A stretch of 64,000 bases of DNA from assembly GCA_013265495.1 (NCBI GenBank), contig MU058844.1, forward strand, positions 9,196,184-9,260,183. The letters run 5' to 3'. The notes under the pieces are model-generated. The model worked only from the letters and a program-made list of their open reading frames with translations. It did no database searches and was not told where the DNA came from. How positions within the stretch are numbered: the stretch's first letter is position 1; every line of letters starts with the position of its first letter. This DNA comes from Vicugna vicugna (Eukaryota). Position numbers and translations under genes: made by a program. This document shows positions 1-13,000 of this stretch, in pieces.

Positions 1-939
1 AATAATTAGTTTCTTATCCAACCCCATCCCATCCTTCAAAGTGAGCAACAAATGTATTCAAATCAAACACCTTTTTTAAGAATGGGAAGGGAGGTAATTT
101 CAAAGTGGTGTAGTTGCTTTATAAGTTGCTTTTTTTCTGATATAATTAACCATACATAATATCCCAAAGTTTGATATAAGATTAGTAATGATCACTAATA
201 CATAAGCTATGTAAGAAATTTAAATGTGTGCTTGAATTAGTCTAATGTTACTCATCCCAGTAAAATGTTCAAAGTCACTGCCTAATAACAAGGATAATTA
301 AGTCCCTTTATTAGAAGAAGAAAGTCACTAATTAAGGTACATTTAAATATAATGCTGACTGACATCTTAATATGGAAAGTGTTCTCCATATTTATTTCCA
401 CAAATGTCAGATCTTATATTAGCTCTGTATAGTGTTTTTTATAAGGTCTTTGAAGATGTGCTTTTTTCCCCCAGAGTATTTAAAATTAGCCTTTCAGGAA
501 GCAAGCGTCTCTCCCTTGTTTCCACATTTCTAAGAAGGGCAGTAATTATCTATATCCTATTGCTAGGGTTTTATTTAAAAAGTAGTTACATACCAAAAGA
601 CTTTTCATTCAAAAGTAGGTAGTATGTGCATGTATATTATATCTTATGCTCATATATATACAAACATACAATTAAATGGCTTTATTTCAGATTCTGCATA
701 ATTAAGATTTTAATTTTGGACTTGACTGGGATACATTGGCTAGGCAAATGAATAACAAAAGTCTTGGAAGAATAAAGATTTCTTAACCTCTTTTAAAGAG
801 TCTCCAAAACTTAAGCTATTTGAAGTCAACATGAACTTAAAAAAGGAAAAAGTGTTTCTGAAGAAGTGTGATGATGAACTGTATTTAAAACTCCTTAATC
901 ATTTTCTTTCATTTATAAGGATCACTAGAAATGTGCTTG

Positions 940-1900
940 GCTATTTATTTCTATCTGTATCCCATCATCTGTCATTATATACAAAGCAATTTCTGCCATC
1001 ACCCTGGGTGCTCCACATAGATCAACCATTCACAACTTAAGTTCATGGCTTTATCACTTCCAGTGTTATTCTCTACTCCCAGTCAGACACTTTTCACGTT
1101 GTATTCTGAATCTTGTCATCACCCCCCAAATCATTCTTATTAGGAAATTACTAATTCAATCATATCAGCCCTTCCTAACCATAGTCTCCTTCTTCCAACT
1201 TGCTTGATCAACTTCTTCTACTCTCATCTTTTTTTAAACTTCTGTCCTTTCCCAGTGCATCAGCCCCATTCTGTCCTCTTCTTTCTTTGTAGTTAGCTTG
1301 GATTCTACATCCAGAATTTCACCACACTTAACCATTCCTACATCCCATCACTTCTCTTTCACTTGGTCACATCCATGTCATAACCACAGTCACCAATGAA
1401 TTTTCTTTCTCCATGTCTGCATGGGCACCTCTGTGCTGCTTGGGAAAATTAACACAGGGGAATCTGGACCACCTTCATTTGGGAATTCAACACTGCCAAC
1501 AAGTAATAACAATATTTTTCTCTCACCAGTCTTCTTTCTGCTCTGCAACTTTTGTCGAAGACCTCCACTGCCCTCAACCCTGCATTTTCTGCAGATGTGT
1601 TTACATTCCACCTTAGAGGGAGAGAGTAACGAGACCATCTGTGTCCTCTGAATTACTTGCTGCCAAATTCACACTAACACTTGCCCCCATCCTGCCTTAT
1701 TACAGAAAACTAGTTTAATCTCTTCTTTAGACCATACCTCCCCATTTTCTCAGCCATGTTTTGCCAGTTTCCCACTAGAACTTACACCGTCAAATTCTGC
1801 TCTTTTCTGTGTTGTGGCCATCAACCTTTAAATATTGTCAGTTATCACCCATTAAAGGAATCCTTTCTTCATCTCACTTTTCCACTTCAGTTACTACCTG
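940..1900 (+). mobile_element. Degenerate L2-like LINE fragment(s)
   Basis: long C/T-rich degenerate stretch resembling L2 ORF2 remnants. Confidence 0.4.
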
Positions 1901-2328
1901 TTCACTCCTCCATCTGGTGTTGATTGATCTTAAAAATTGCTAAGTCACCAACTTGAACCTTAAGAAGCAAGAGGCAACCATATTCCACATACAAAGTTCC
2001 TTTAGTAAGTTATTCCTAAAATGAAGTTTTACATTCAAAGTTGACTAGTTATAAACAGGAGAAGGCCTATTCTTTTAGGAGGAGATCTAGAAGATTAAAG
2101 TGAGGCAACTAAAACATGTAAGAATCCTGTTTTGGACTATAAGACACATGTTAGTTGATAATGTCCTCTTGTTGTGTCTGGATGTATGCTGATGTTCCCA
2201 AGGAAGATACTGTACCAATAATTGGTTTTGATCTTATTCATTAGAAGGTAACTTAAAACCTGTTTTTTCTAGATCAATGAAAATTGTTATTTGCCTATTG
2301 TTAAAGTGATCTTTAAAGAACGTTAATT

Positions 2329-2487
2329 TTTTTTTAAGTGTGTTTCTTTAATTAATTTATTTTTTGGTGGGGGGAGGTAATTAGGCTTAGTATTTATTTA
2401 TTCTTAGAGGACGTAGTGGGGATTGAACGCAAGACATTATGCATGCTAAGCATTTGCTCTACCATTTGAGCTATACCCTCCCTGCAC
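2329..2487 (-). mobile_element. tRNA-derived SINE, camelid-type, with target-site duplication
   Basis: minus strand GGGAGGGTATAGCTCAAATGGTAGAGC (A box) ... GTTCAATCCCC (B box), A-rich tail; flanks AGAACGTTAATT (2317-2328) and AGAACATTAATT (2488-2499). Confidence 0.85.
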
Positions 2488-4726
2488 AGAACATTAATTC
2501 TTGACAGAATCTTTCTAGCTGTTATTATCACCTAGACAATCTGAAGTAGGAAGAAAAAGAATGAGGTTACATGTTACTGTAAATAACTGCATGTGGAAAA
2601 GAGTATCAGTTTTTATAGGACAAATTAAACACTGTATCCAGACCAAAAAAAAATTCTGCAAATATATATTACCTCTGATACGGATTTATCATATATTATC
2701 ACAAAATCTCTTAGTGTCATTTACAACTATGGCTTTTTGTCCTTTGCAGAACATATTTTTTTGAAAGTTGTGAGCTGAAATACTTAATAATCTAAGTGGG
2801 CTAAGTGAGATAGCTGCTCAGTATTGTTCTTAAATTAATTGACTATGGAGGAGACAAAAGTTCATAAAAATTATGAGAAGTCAGATAATGTATACACCTT
2901 GAGAATAAATATATTAGAAATTTAAGCAATGCTTTTTGAGTGGTATCTTTGTATTTGTGTTTCCTGTTTATTTTCATAATTTCTCTTAGGTTTTATATTT
3001 AAGGTATTTTTATATGTACAAGTTTCCTGTTTTAGAAAATGATAAATATGTGACTAATATTAATCTTCCACTGTGTGCAGTTTTAATCAACTTATTTTAT
3101 TGAAGAGCAATTCCTAGTTAGCTGGTAGGCTGAGGAAGATAATTTTGTCCATAGTAATAACTGGCCTCAACTACTTCTGGCAGTTTTCATGAAGAGCTCA
3201 GAAATTGCCCTTTTTTTAGACATCAAAGAGTTCACAGTTACGTTGACAGGAAAACCATTTTAGCCACCTAGAATTTATCTTTTTGGGTCTTAATTTTTTT
3301 TTTTTCTGTTGCATGTGTGATGTAAGAAATACGCCTTAAATTTCTTAGGACATTGTGATGCCAATTTGTATGGACAATTATGTTTTTGTTTATGTGAAAA
3401 ATTTAAGCAGCTTGGCACAGCTATTCTGCAGCTAAGGTCAAAGGACATGCATTTCTCCAACATGGCCATTTCATAAAGAAATGCACAGTTTCTCTGAATG
3501 AATGCGCTTAGTGGAGGCACGTGCAGGGTGTTCTGTTGCACGTCCAGCTTTTCTTTACAATAATTGTGCAATAAAAAAGGAAACTCTCTAACTTGCCTAA
3601 TTGCTTAGATAGGAATCTCTGCTTCATAGTTTGTTATATTGAATGTATTTTATGAGCTGTAGTAAGAGTTTTATTTTTCTAAGAATTAGTCTACTATGCT
3701 TGTATAGAAAACTTAAAATAATATTTTCATGGCTTTTGGTTGAATTATTTAAATTCCATGTTTTCCCAATGCCTCTCCTCTATCCAGGGAACAAGTGGGC
3801 TACTCCAAACATTACATTTAGATCAATTTTTTGTGATGTTTCTGCTAACATTGGTAAACCAATCTAGTTCATTTTCTCCCTCAGAGCAACATTTATAAAC
3901 ATCTGTCCAAATAAATAAATGTTTCCATTAAAAGACACTCAATTGGCACAAGCTCAACATTTATTTTGCCAGTTCAAATAGAGGAAAAAGAATTAGTATG
4001 GCAAGGGGAGAAGAGTGATAGAATTTTTTATATTTTCTGATTACTGGCACACAATTATTTATAATAATTATTATTGTTATAGCACTTGTTAGAATAATAA
4101 AATTATGGGACTGGAATGCACACATTTCTTCTTGTGTCAAATTAAGATGAGGAAATTGAACATCAGAGCCTGCTAGTGACTTTGACTAAATCGTGTATGG
4201 GAACAAGAATCCAGATATTCTGACCCTCAAACCAGTGCTTTCTTCCAGCTGCTGCCTTTCAAGTAGTCTGCTGTATTTGTCTTGAGCTCTAACAGCAAAC
4301 TTACAAATCTGTATGAGAATCTGAGCACCATTTAGTAAGTTACTGCTGCTCCGATTTGTGAAATAACCCAAGAGTGGCCTTAGATAAAGAATATTCTTTA
4401 ACAAGGTGCCTGACTTCTTCCCTGGGTTTACTAGAGGCTGGGAAAATGTGGTCATGCATGTTTCAGAATGGCTCATTTTCAAGAGACAGACTTACTGGTC
4501 AACTATTAAAACTGCTTTCAGCCTGATTATGCTTTTGGACACAGTGAGTATGTATGTCATGGTGAAAACAAAACAAAACAAAACACCATGTCTTTCTCGT
4601 ATCTGAGCTTCCACACATCTGAAATGATGCTCTTGTTTTATTCCATGACTTTCTTTGGATTGAAATGTATCCATTAACATTTGTGTGCTTTTCTTTTCCA
4701 TCCATCCTTCTCCATCTCATGAAAAG

Positions 4727-4735
4727 CACATCAGG
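4727..4735 (+). CDS. PPFIA2: Candidate 9-nt PPFIA2 microexon (CACATCAGG), predicted K to NTSG just before SAM1
   Basis: AG at 4725-4726 after 117 nt with no AG; pyrimidine tract; AGG|GTAAGT donor; frame-preserving and compatible with the phase-2 intron. Confidence 0.6.
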
Positions 4736-6935
4736 GTAAGTTGAATCACAATGGCTGCTGAATATGTCTGTTTTCAGCACCATCTTCTTTTTTTCTTTTA
4801 TCTTTAGTATTTCTCTTTTCAGTTGTAACACAAGCTGCACTGCCTCTGACCTAAAATGAAAATTGTGAAGTGTATTCATTTTCTTACCATAAAAGGAATC
4901 ATTGGTTCAGAGAAATGTTCACATTCAAATTAATCAAGTTGGCCTTTCAGGCACTTCAGTTTCTTTGGTTCTATTAGACATATGTCAAAAGACAATCCAG
5001 ATGTCATTTCCCCTAGTGCTCAAGTCCCTCTCTAGGGGTTAGTGTGACATTTAGTGAAGACTAATCGTTGCAGTCACTTGAGTACTTCTGACGGTGCTGC
5101 CTGGCAGTCTGCCTGTATATTTCCTGGTGCTTTGTGGTTCTCCACCAGCATTATATTCATGAGACAAATTTATTTGTCAGCTACTAGGACTGCGCTTAGA
5201 TGAAGAGGGTTAAATGCTGGGTCTTCCCTAGCAGAACTTCTATACTTAGATTCCAAAGTCATCCTTGGTTTTGGTTGGACCCTCTGGTTTTAGGTCTACT
5301 TTCCATTGTTTCCTATACTACCAGTTAATTTGTAGAGTTTAAAAAAATATATGTTACTCAAATTACTGCTTCAAATTTGAAATCCTACTTTTTGAACTCA
5401 ACTTAGAACATGTTATTTATTTCCAAAACCAACTGGGCTTCAAAGTAAAACAAATTGAGCTTAATATTATGAAATACTACTGCGGTGTAAACATTTGCAT
5501 TGGTAACATGGTTAGTTGTAAAACACTTTAGATGGGGATAGGTGTTGCTTTTACCCTTAAAACAAAACATTTTGAGGGGGTAAAGGAAATGGCTCCAATG
5601 AGATGCAAATTATTCAGGAAGCTATGGAGAGTGTCACTGATTGGCTGTATGGATGTTGTATGTACCAAGGTTATGTGCTTTGTTTATTGTATGGTTTATA
5701 TTTGTTATATTTTTCTACTCTAATTTTAAGTTCTAGTTACTACTACCAACTTATTTAACAATGCAGTACTAACTTGACTTGGGATAACTTATGATATTAG
5801 GGAAAGTCCTAGTACATGTTCTTGAAAATGCAAGGCAAGCTGTGGTTAGGGTACTATTCAACTATGCTGGCCAAGTGCAAGTTGTAAGCTCCTACATTTA
5901 AAAAATAATCAGTATTCTAACATTGAATTTTTAAAACACTATTTTCATGTTATCATGCAATTTTGGCCTTCTATTTTCTAATGATATTTAAGTTTCAGGA
6001 GGAAGATAATCCCAAGAAATAAACTCCATTCCTCCATCCCCTTTTGAATGAAATATTGAAAAATAGTAAATGCATAATACATCAATGTTTGTAGACTTTA
6101 AGAAATTGATACAATTACCTTAATTCTAAAATTCAATTTCTTGTCTTATTGCACCTGCTCCTGAAATTTAAACATTTTAAGACCTCAAAATCATTTCCTT
6201 CATGCAGTTGCTAAAAGAAAGCTTAGGAGGTTAAAATGTCAGGAGAAGGTAGTACAAACATAGTAAAGATGTGGGAAAGAAAGTTGAATTGTGAATCAGA
6301 AGATGATATTTTAAGCCCCAACTTTCCCACGTGTTTGCTGCATATCTTTGAGTGGCTGACTTGTATAGTGTACACTTTCTAATATTACTGTCAACTTCCT
6401 AATACTCACAAGATTATGGAATAACCTAAGAAGCATGGAAACTATAAACTTCAAATCTGAGTTACAAAGGGCTCAAAACTAAGTGAAGCACTAAAGCAAT
6501 CTAGTCTAAAAGACATCCAACTAAACAAACAAAAAAAATGACCAATGTTCCTTCAGTAAGTCCCCAATTTACTATCAGGAAGGGACCGGGAACAACATTC
6601 CACAGGGTCTTGCAAAAGTGAAATTGTTTACTGGAAAGTAATACAAGCCCCTCTAGTTTTCAACAACAGCATGAGTTATTGTATTGCTCCATTACATTTG
6701 TGTGTGTTTCTGTGTGTTTACACCTTTTTTAATGGTATTGAAAGTGATTAAATTCAAAATAAACTCACGAATGAAATTATGTAAATCCCAACTCAAATTC
6801 ACAAATAAATTAAATTTATTTCCTGAGACTAGGCCCTCCATTTCAAGTAACTGGCAGTAAAAAGGTTTCATCATGAATGAACTTCGGTTTTATGTAATCA
6901 AATAATTTCAGTTCCAAGCAACCTAGCATGTGTTC

Positions 6936-6993
6936 TGAGAATCTAAATGAAACGCTACTTAAATTGAGAATCTAAATGAAATGCTACTTAAAT
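6936..6993. repeat. Tandem duplication, 2 x 29 bp
   Basis: TGAGAATCTAAATGAAA(C/T)GCTACTTAAAT twice, one mismatch. Confidence 0.92.
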
Positions 6994-8107
6994 GTGCAGT
7001 GGACTTTTATATGCATGGCACGTGAAACTGTGTCATAACAGGATACACAGATATACACACATGTGCGCTTCACACAGACAAATCACAGTACGCTGTGCTT
7101 CTGAAATCAAGTCAACCTTGCTAATGTCGGATTTAAAACTCTTCATTTTGTGGAGCTAAATATGTATATTTAGGTAATCAATGTCTGAAACAGCTGATTG
7201 GAATTTGTAATGCATTTCTCTTTAGAATAATTATGTTAATTAAGACATAACATTTTCAGCTTACAGATGTTAAAAAAATTGAGATGGCACCATATTTTGT
7301 TCACATTTGCTCACCAGAATTTCAAACAGTTTCTGAAATATGTAATTTTGTTTTTCATAGAATTAACCAACAGATATAGATTGCATGATGGAATTATAGC
7401 CCATTGTCTGTTTCAAATTTGAGGTGATCATATTCTATTTGCCCTCCTGACTGTTGAAGTTTATTGGAACAAGATACATTTTATAATTAATAATAATGTG
7501 AGGTCTGTGTAAATTTACTGTTAGTATTATAGAGGGAAGATTTATTCTCTGTGCTACTGTGTTAAGAAGTAGATTCACTTGTCAAGTTATTTTGACTTAT
7601 ATTTCATTCTTGGTTCTAATGGAGCCATGTATTTATTTGTTCTGGCTGTATCAGTAAGGAAGTATTTGTTGTGTGCCACAGCACACGAATAAGCCCTAAA
7701 GATAATTTTTCCAACCAGAGAATTCCTTTGTATCACAATAACACAAAATCAATTGAACTGAAACAGATTACAACAAATTCAGCTTTTTCATCCTGGCTAT
7801 ATAAATGGAGCTAACTTCCTTTAGCCAAGACGCAGAACCTGTTTTCAGTAGGGAACAGCAAGAAAAGAAAATCATAGCTCCTTTTTCCTCTTATAGTTTT
7901 GGGGGCTGAAATGCGTGATAGTGAGAAGACAAAACTATCTATACTAGCATGAGGTCAAATAAATGTATGCCGTCTCTAAAAGATAAATGAACAACAAGAA
8001 GAGAAATAAAGGTGGGAGACTGTCATTGCATTTAGTTCTAACAAAGAGGTGTTGCTATGATCCTTCTTTTACTTTATGGAAACTTCAGAGAGGTTAGTTA
8101 GCTAAAG

Positions 8108-8345
8108 GATAGCATGGGGGTTAAGCGAGCTGACTGACCAGGCTGGTTGTTGGCGCTCAAGTTCTGACTCTGCACTCACTGACTCTGTGCTCCAAGTAGT
8201 CTTTTCTTCAGTGTCCTCATCTACAAATGTGTATCAGTGTGTGTCTTATTGGATTGTTGCGAAGATTAAATGAATTATAGATATAAATCACTTAGGATAG
8301 TGCTTCACACATAGTAAGTGATAAGTGCATGCCAGCTATTATTAT
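8108..8345 (+). mobile_element. MIR SINE
   Basis: cagtgtcctcatctacaaatg core; gattaaatga...cttaggatagtgcttcacacatagtaagtg 3' part. Confidence 0.8.
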
Positions 8346-8639
8346 CTTGGATCCAAACTTAATTTGCCTACATATAGAAACTTTGATCTTTCAAACCATG
8401 TATTATATCTCAGAAGAATATGAAGTGGTTCAGATGAAGAAGAGAGCACATTAGATAAAGCTCCGTGGTAGTCCTCACTGTATTCAACTGTAATGCAGTT
8501 TATTTAATTACATTTAAATACAGTTTTAAATTTTAAATGGGAAGTATAGTAAGTGCAATAACCAGAGTGTGTACAAGTTATAATATTTGTATAGAACTGA
8601 AAATTAATTCTGTCTGGGAAAGATCTTGGAATCTCAACA

Positions 8640-9020
8640 GGAAGGATAAAGCAAAAACCGTGTCTGAAAGATGAGTGTGTTTGCCACAATTATGATGCAA
8701 AGACGCATGTTCCAGGCAGAATAAAAAAGCATCTACAAAGTCATGGAGGGTAAGATAGAATGAGGTATTTAGAAAACGGCAAGTATTTCAGTATTGATAA
8801 AACAGAAGAAGCTGGGAGATAGCCAGGGGCCAGATCACCAAGGGTCTTTTTAATTATGTGAAGATGTTTGACTTTTATTTTCAGGGCAAGTGGGGCGTTT
8901 CTAAGAGGCATCTCTTACAAAACGATTTGTGCTTAAAAAGGTCTTTCTGAAAGTTGGAACAAGGATAGGAGGGAGGGAGTACCAAAGGAGAGACAAACTG
9001 GGAGTTCATTGCCATGTCTA
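8640..9020 (-). mobile_element. L2 fragment
   Basis: gttccaggcaga...gggccagatcaccaagggtc...tttgacttttatt pattern typical of L2. Confidence 0.55.
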
Positions 9021-9754
9021 CACATGAGAGTTTAAACAAAAGCTTTGATAGTACTTGATCAATTTACAAAATGTCATATTTAATGTTACAGAGGGCACTT
9101 TTATCTCTTTCTGCAGCCAATCTGTGTAACTGCTAAGCAAAATTCTTACTCCTTTTTAAGATGCAATAAGTAATTGGATCTTAACAAAAACATAGAATAC
9201 TTAAAAATTGCCCTTTGATCAGGGATCCTAGATGGTTGTCAACCCTGAGAGTTTTGTGCATTTCAAAATAGCAGTCTTTCAAAAGGTATTCTTGGCTAGA
9301 TCATGCAAAGAAAAATGTATAATGCAGTAGAAGAATTCTCATCTCCAGTACTTTAGGGTCTTGGGTGGGAGATGAAGCTTATGCATGTGGTGCCTGTCAC
9401 CAGTCTTTAAGAGTGATGCTGACACTATGAGTTTCCAGATTAAAAAAGGCATTGTGGACTAGGATGATCACAAAATAAAAGGAAGTGTTATGATTTAGGC
9501 AAGCAGTAAGATTTTGATAGTCTAAGAAAAAGAGAAAGCACTTACCAGCTCTGGAAAATGGTACTTGCAAAGATGGAATTACTCATGTTGCAAATGATTT
9601 GCCAATGTCAGTTTTCAGTTCTGGTTAGAAGGAAGGGAAGATGATTAGAACGGAAAATCGAGACTAAACCAATTTTAGGCTTTGTAATCTAGGTTGAGGA
9701 TTATTCTTCAGGCATTTCAGGAACAATCAAAGGGTTTTAAGAGGACAGTGTGAT

Positions 9755-10010
9755 GATAAATAGCTCACATTTATTGACTTTTTCCTTTGTACAAGTCACT
9801 TCTGTAATCACATTACATATATTTTCTTAGCCAACTCTCATACCAACCCTCTGAAGTAGGTAGGTTCTGTTATCAGCTGCATTTTACAGATGAGGAAACT
9901 GAGGCACAACAAGGTAAAGTGACTTGTCTGTGGATGCAGATCCACGAAGGGAGGGCACCAGGAATCCAGCCCAAGCGTTCTGACTTCGGCGCCCACTGTA
10001 TTACCTGCAC
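9755..10010 (-). mobile_element. MIR SINE
   Basis: cattttacagatgaggaaactgaggcac core, near consensus. Confidence 0.88.
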
Positions 10011-13000
10011 TGCTTTGACAGCAGATTTTTCCATGGCAGTGTTGTATTGGAAGGGTAAGAAGCCTGGCGAGTGGGGCCAATTAAAAGGCTGAGAGAAAAA
10101 AGAACAGTGGCAGTGAAAGTAGAAAGTAAAAGAAGATGAAATAGAAAGTAAGAATGGGAAACTGACAGGCACTAAATGGAAGGTGACTGAAGTGGCCACC
10201 CTGAGTGACAGGGGCGATGATACTGCGTGGTATTTAGACAGTCATATCACAAATTGGCAGTCTCAAAATAGCATCTTAGGTGAAGTGATCTGAGAATAAA
10301 GTCTCTTTTCACTGACAGCAGTGAATCATCCACATTGGGAAAAATTTGGAAAAGAAGACTTTACTGCCCTCACATTCTATGAATTTTTGAGTAACTAACA
10401 AATTTCAGTTCTCAGAGTTTAACATCTCATTGAATTTATTATTTACAAGCTGTTCTTCCAAACTCTAAGGGCCTGAGAACAGGGACTTTGTATGCCATGA
10501 GGCTAGGTTAGGCATTCAGTCATTGGATTTTTAGAGACCTACTATGTGTCGGGTTTTTGTCTTCCAAACAAAAAATAAAATTGATCAAAGCTCTAACTCA
10601 ATAAAATGTTAAAGATATTCTGGGCAAACTGCTTAGTACAAAGGAGCCTAGAAAAATAAGTTGTAAATATTGCCTCTAGGTCCAGGGTGGGATGGCTTCA
10701 GAGAGGAATTATTTTTGTTGTGTCTTGAAAATCAAGATAAAGTGAGTGGAACAAGGCAGGAAGGCATGTGGACTTTATTTAGTGTCAAAGAAACGTAGCT
10801 TAGAAACATAAGCATTCCCCACCAACGAGGTCAAAGCTGAAACAGTTAAAGTCATGAAACCTAAAAAGGAGGATTTCCATTTGGATTGACTCGTTTAAGC
10901 AAAGTGATAGTTGCTTACATTAATTGGGTTAGGACTTAGAAACCACAACCCTGGCAAAGGTTCTTGATTTATTTACCTTTTTTAGACACTCTTGATCCTT
11001 GACCTAGAAATCCTTGGGTCCAGGCGTAACTAGGGTGCCTGCGCCTTGTTCCTGTCTTCAGGTCAGGCACAGCAAGTGCAAGCTTCCCTCTGCACGTTTC
11101 TGCATGAACGTGCAAGCCACTCACACACCGGTGTGTTCCCCACCCCTTGGGCCTTCGTAATGTGTCACATCCCATTTACAGTAGCTCACTGACACCCTTA
11201 TTAAGCGAGTCTGAGGACTTTGGGAGGATCTTAATGGCATTCTTTATTGCAGACAAGAATGTGTTCCCTAAAAATCCTCAGTGACTCAGAGGTTTTACTG
11301 ATTAAAAGTGACCTTCCCTTATAATTAGTACTTTTCTTTTATCTTTGTGTGTGTGTGAGTTTCCACGCAGATACAATTCTGTGCCTGAAACTTCCCCTAG
11401 AAGAAAGTGCTACTGATGTCCTCTGAGAATCTGGTCTAAAACTTAAAACAGAAGTCGGTACCTGTAATGTATAGTGTAGTTGCCCGTGTAGTAATATATG
11501 AGTGATCTGGGGGCAAAGGATGGTTAAATATTAGATTTTCTGGGAAAAAAAGAAAGACAAAAGTATTTCTTCAGGCCTAAATAGAAAGACAGTAATTTTA
11601 GACTCAGATTTGTCCTGGGGAAAGTGACCATGACATCACTCTGGAAGAACTGTCACTTAACCTTTGAAAAGGTGGACTCTGGGATACAGAGAGAATGCAT
11701 ACATTTCCACACATGCACTGGACAAACAGGAGACACCAGCGTATCCCAAATGCCTGTTGGTGCCAAGTCAGTTTTTTATTTGTTATTGCCTAAATAGTTC
11801 AGGTCACTATTTCTTTGAGATGGGAGTTGGATCAGAAAGATGAAGAGGGTAGGGTGGATCGGAACAGCTACTTTGGCTTTTGCTCTCAGTGAAACAGGGA
11901 GTAACTGGAAGTGAGCAGAGAAGTCACATTTTCTGACTTAAATTTTCACAGGATCTCTCCAGCTTGTGTGGTGCATTTTTCAATAGGGAACTGGTCAGAA
12001 TTTTCACAATTAAAATGTTCTAGCTTTTAAAAATGGCTTACATACAACTCATGTAATTTGCTTGTGAAAATGTTGTGTTCTTCCTAGGTGTTTTTCGCCT
12101 ATTGACTTGCTTTTTTTTTTTTTGCTAAACGTACCAAAAACCAATTGTAAATGTATACTTGTTTCTTCCTCTTTAATTGCACTCACCTGTCACATACTGG
12201 AAGTGCTCCTTTCCCTGATGGTTATAATGTTACAACTCTCAATAATGCTCTTCGGCTCTGTGGTGGCCTACTTTAACTTTTCCTGCAGGTCTTCTGTGTT
12301 CAGTCCTGCCCCTGACCTTCCACCCTCACTGCTTATCCTGCTTGGGACGTAGTCCCTGTTTCCTTCCCACCCACCCTTCATGGCCAGTTGTTGCTACAAA
12401 GCCTTCACTGATCATTTCCCTGGCTACTAACCCCTTCTCCAAAATCCTCACACTCAGAATGTGCATCACTGAGTTTTAGCATCTATTTGTGCACTGTTCT
12501 ATGTTCTTAGACAGTTTTATGTGTTTGCTTTTTCTATCTAACCAGGTTGCTCCTGGAAAACTAGGTGCATGTCTGTATTTCCTACAGGTCTCAGCTCAAA
12601 ATAAGTGCTTGTTCAATAAGTACCTGATGGTTGGTTGTTTAACCCTTAAACCCATTTCTGTCACTATATCTGTCATGGAGAGACTAGGCTATTCAAATCT
12701 GGTTTTCAGTGAAGGAATGTCATTGGGAAGCCTGAGCAAATGGGTGGGGATAGAGCAAGCCAGGTGAGGGAGCCCCTCTAGTTTTCACCTGGGATTCAGG
12801 GCACCAGTGTTCCTGTTCCCTTGCCCAGGTGCTGAACAGGTTACACATGCTTCTTTGCTATCCCATCAAATGAAAGAGGAGTTGCTTTATGTGCCTCTCA
12901 GCTACTGGAAAACTTTAATTTTTGTTTTGCCTCCTTGTTTCTTTTTCACACTGCATTTTTTTGGTAACAACCATTGCCAACACGGAAAGAGAAAGCTTTT

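Noticed and set aside
2400..2485. tRNA gene on the minus strand
   Set aside because: Degenerate stems, SINE body, A-tail and target-site duplication show it is a SINE head
3516..3545. Hairpin ACGTGCA...TGCACGT with an E-box
   Set aside because: A 7-bp stem with no associated splice site or RNA-gene feature; expected by chance in 64 kb
6936..6993. Direct repeats as a CRISPR-like or recombination signal
   Set aside because: Two adjacent copies with no spacer; ordinary slippage duplication, as at 35211 and 53374
10780..11260. GC-richer block resembling an LTR
   Set aside because: I could not define termini, a target-site duplication or a family from sequence alone
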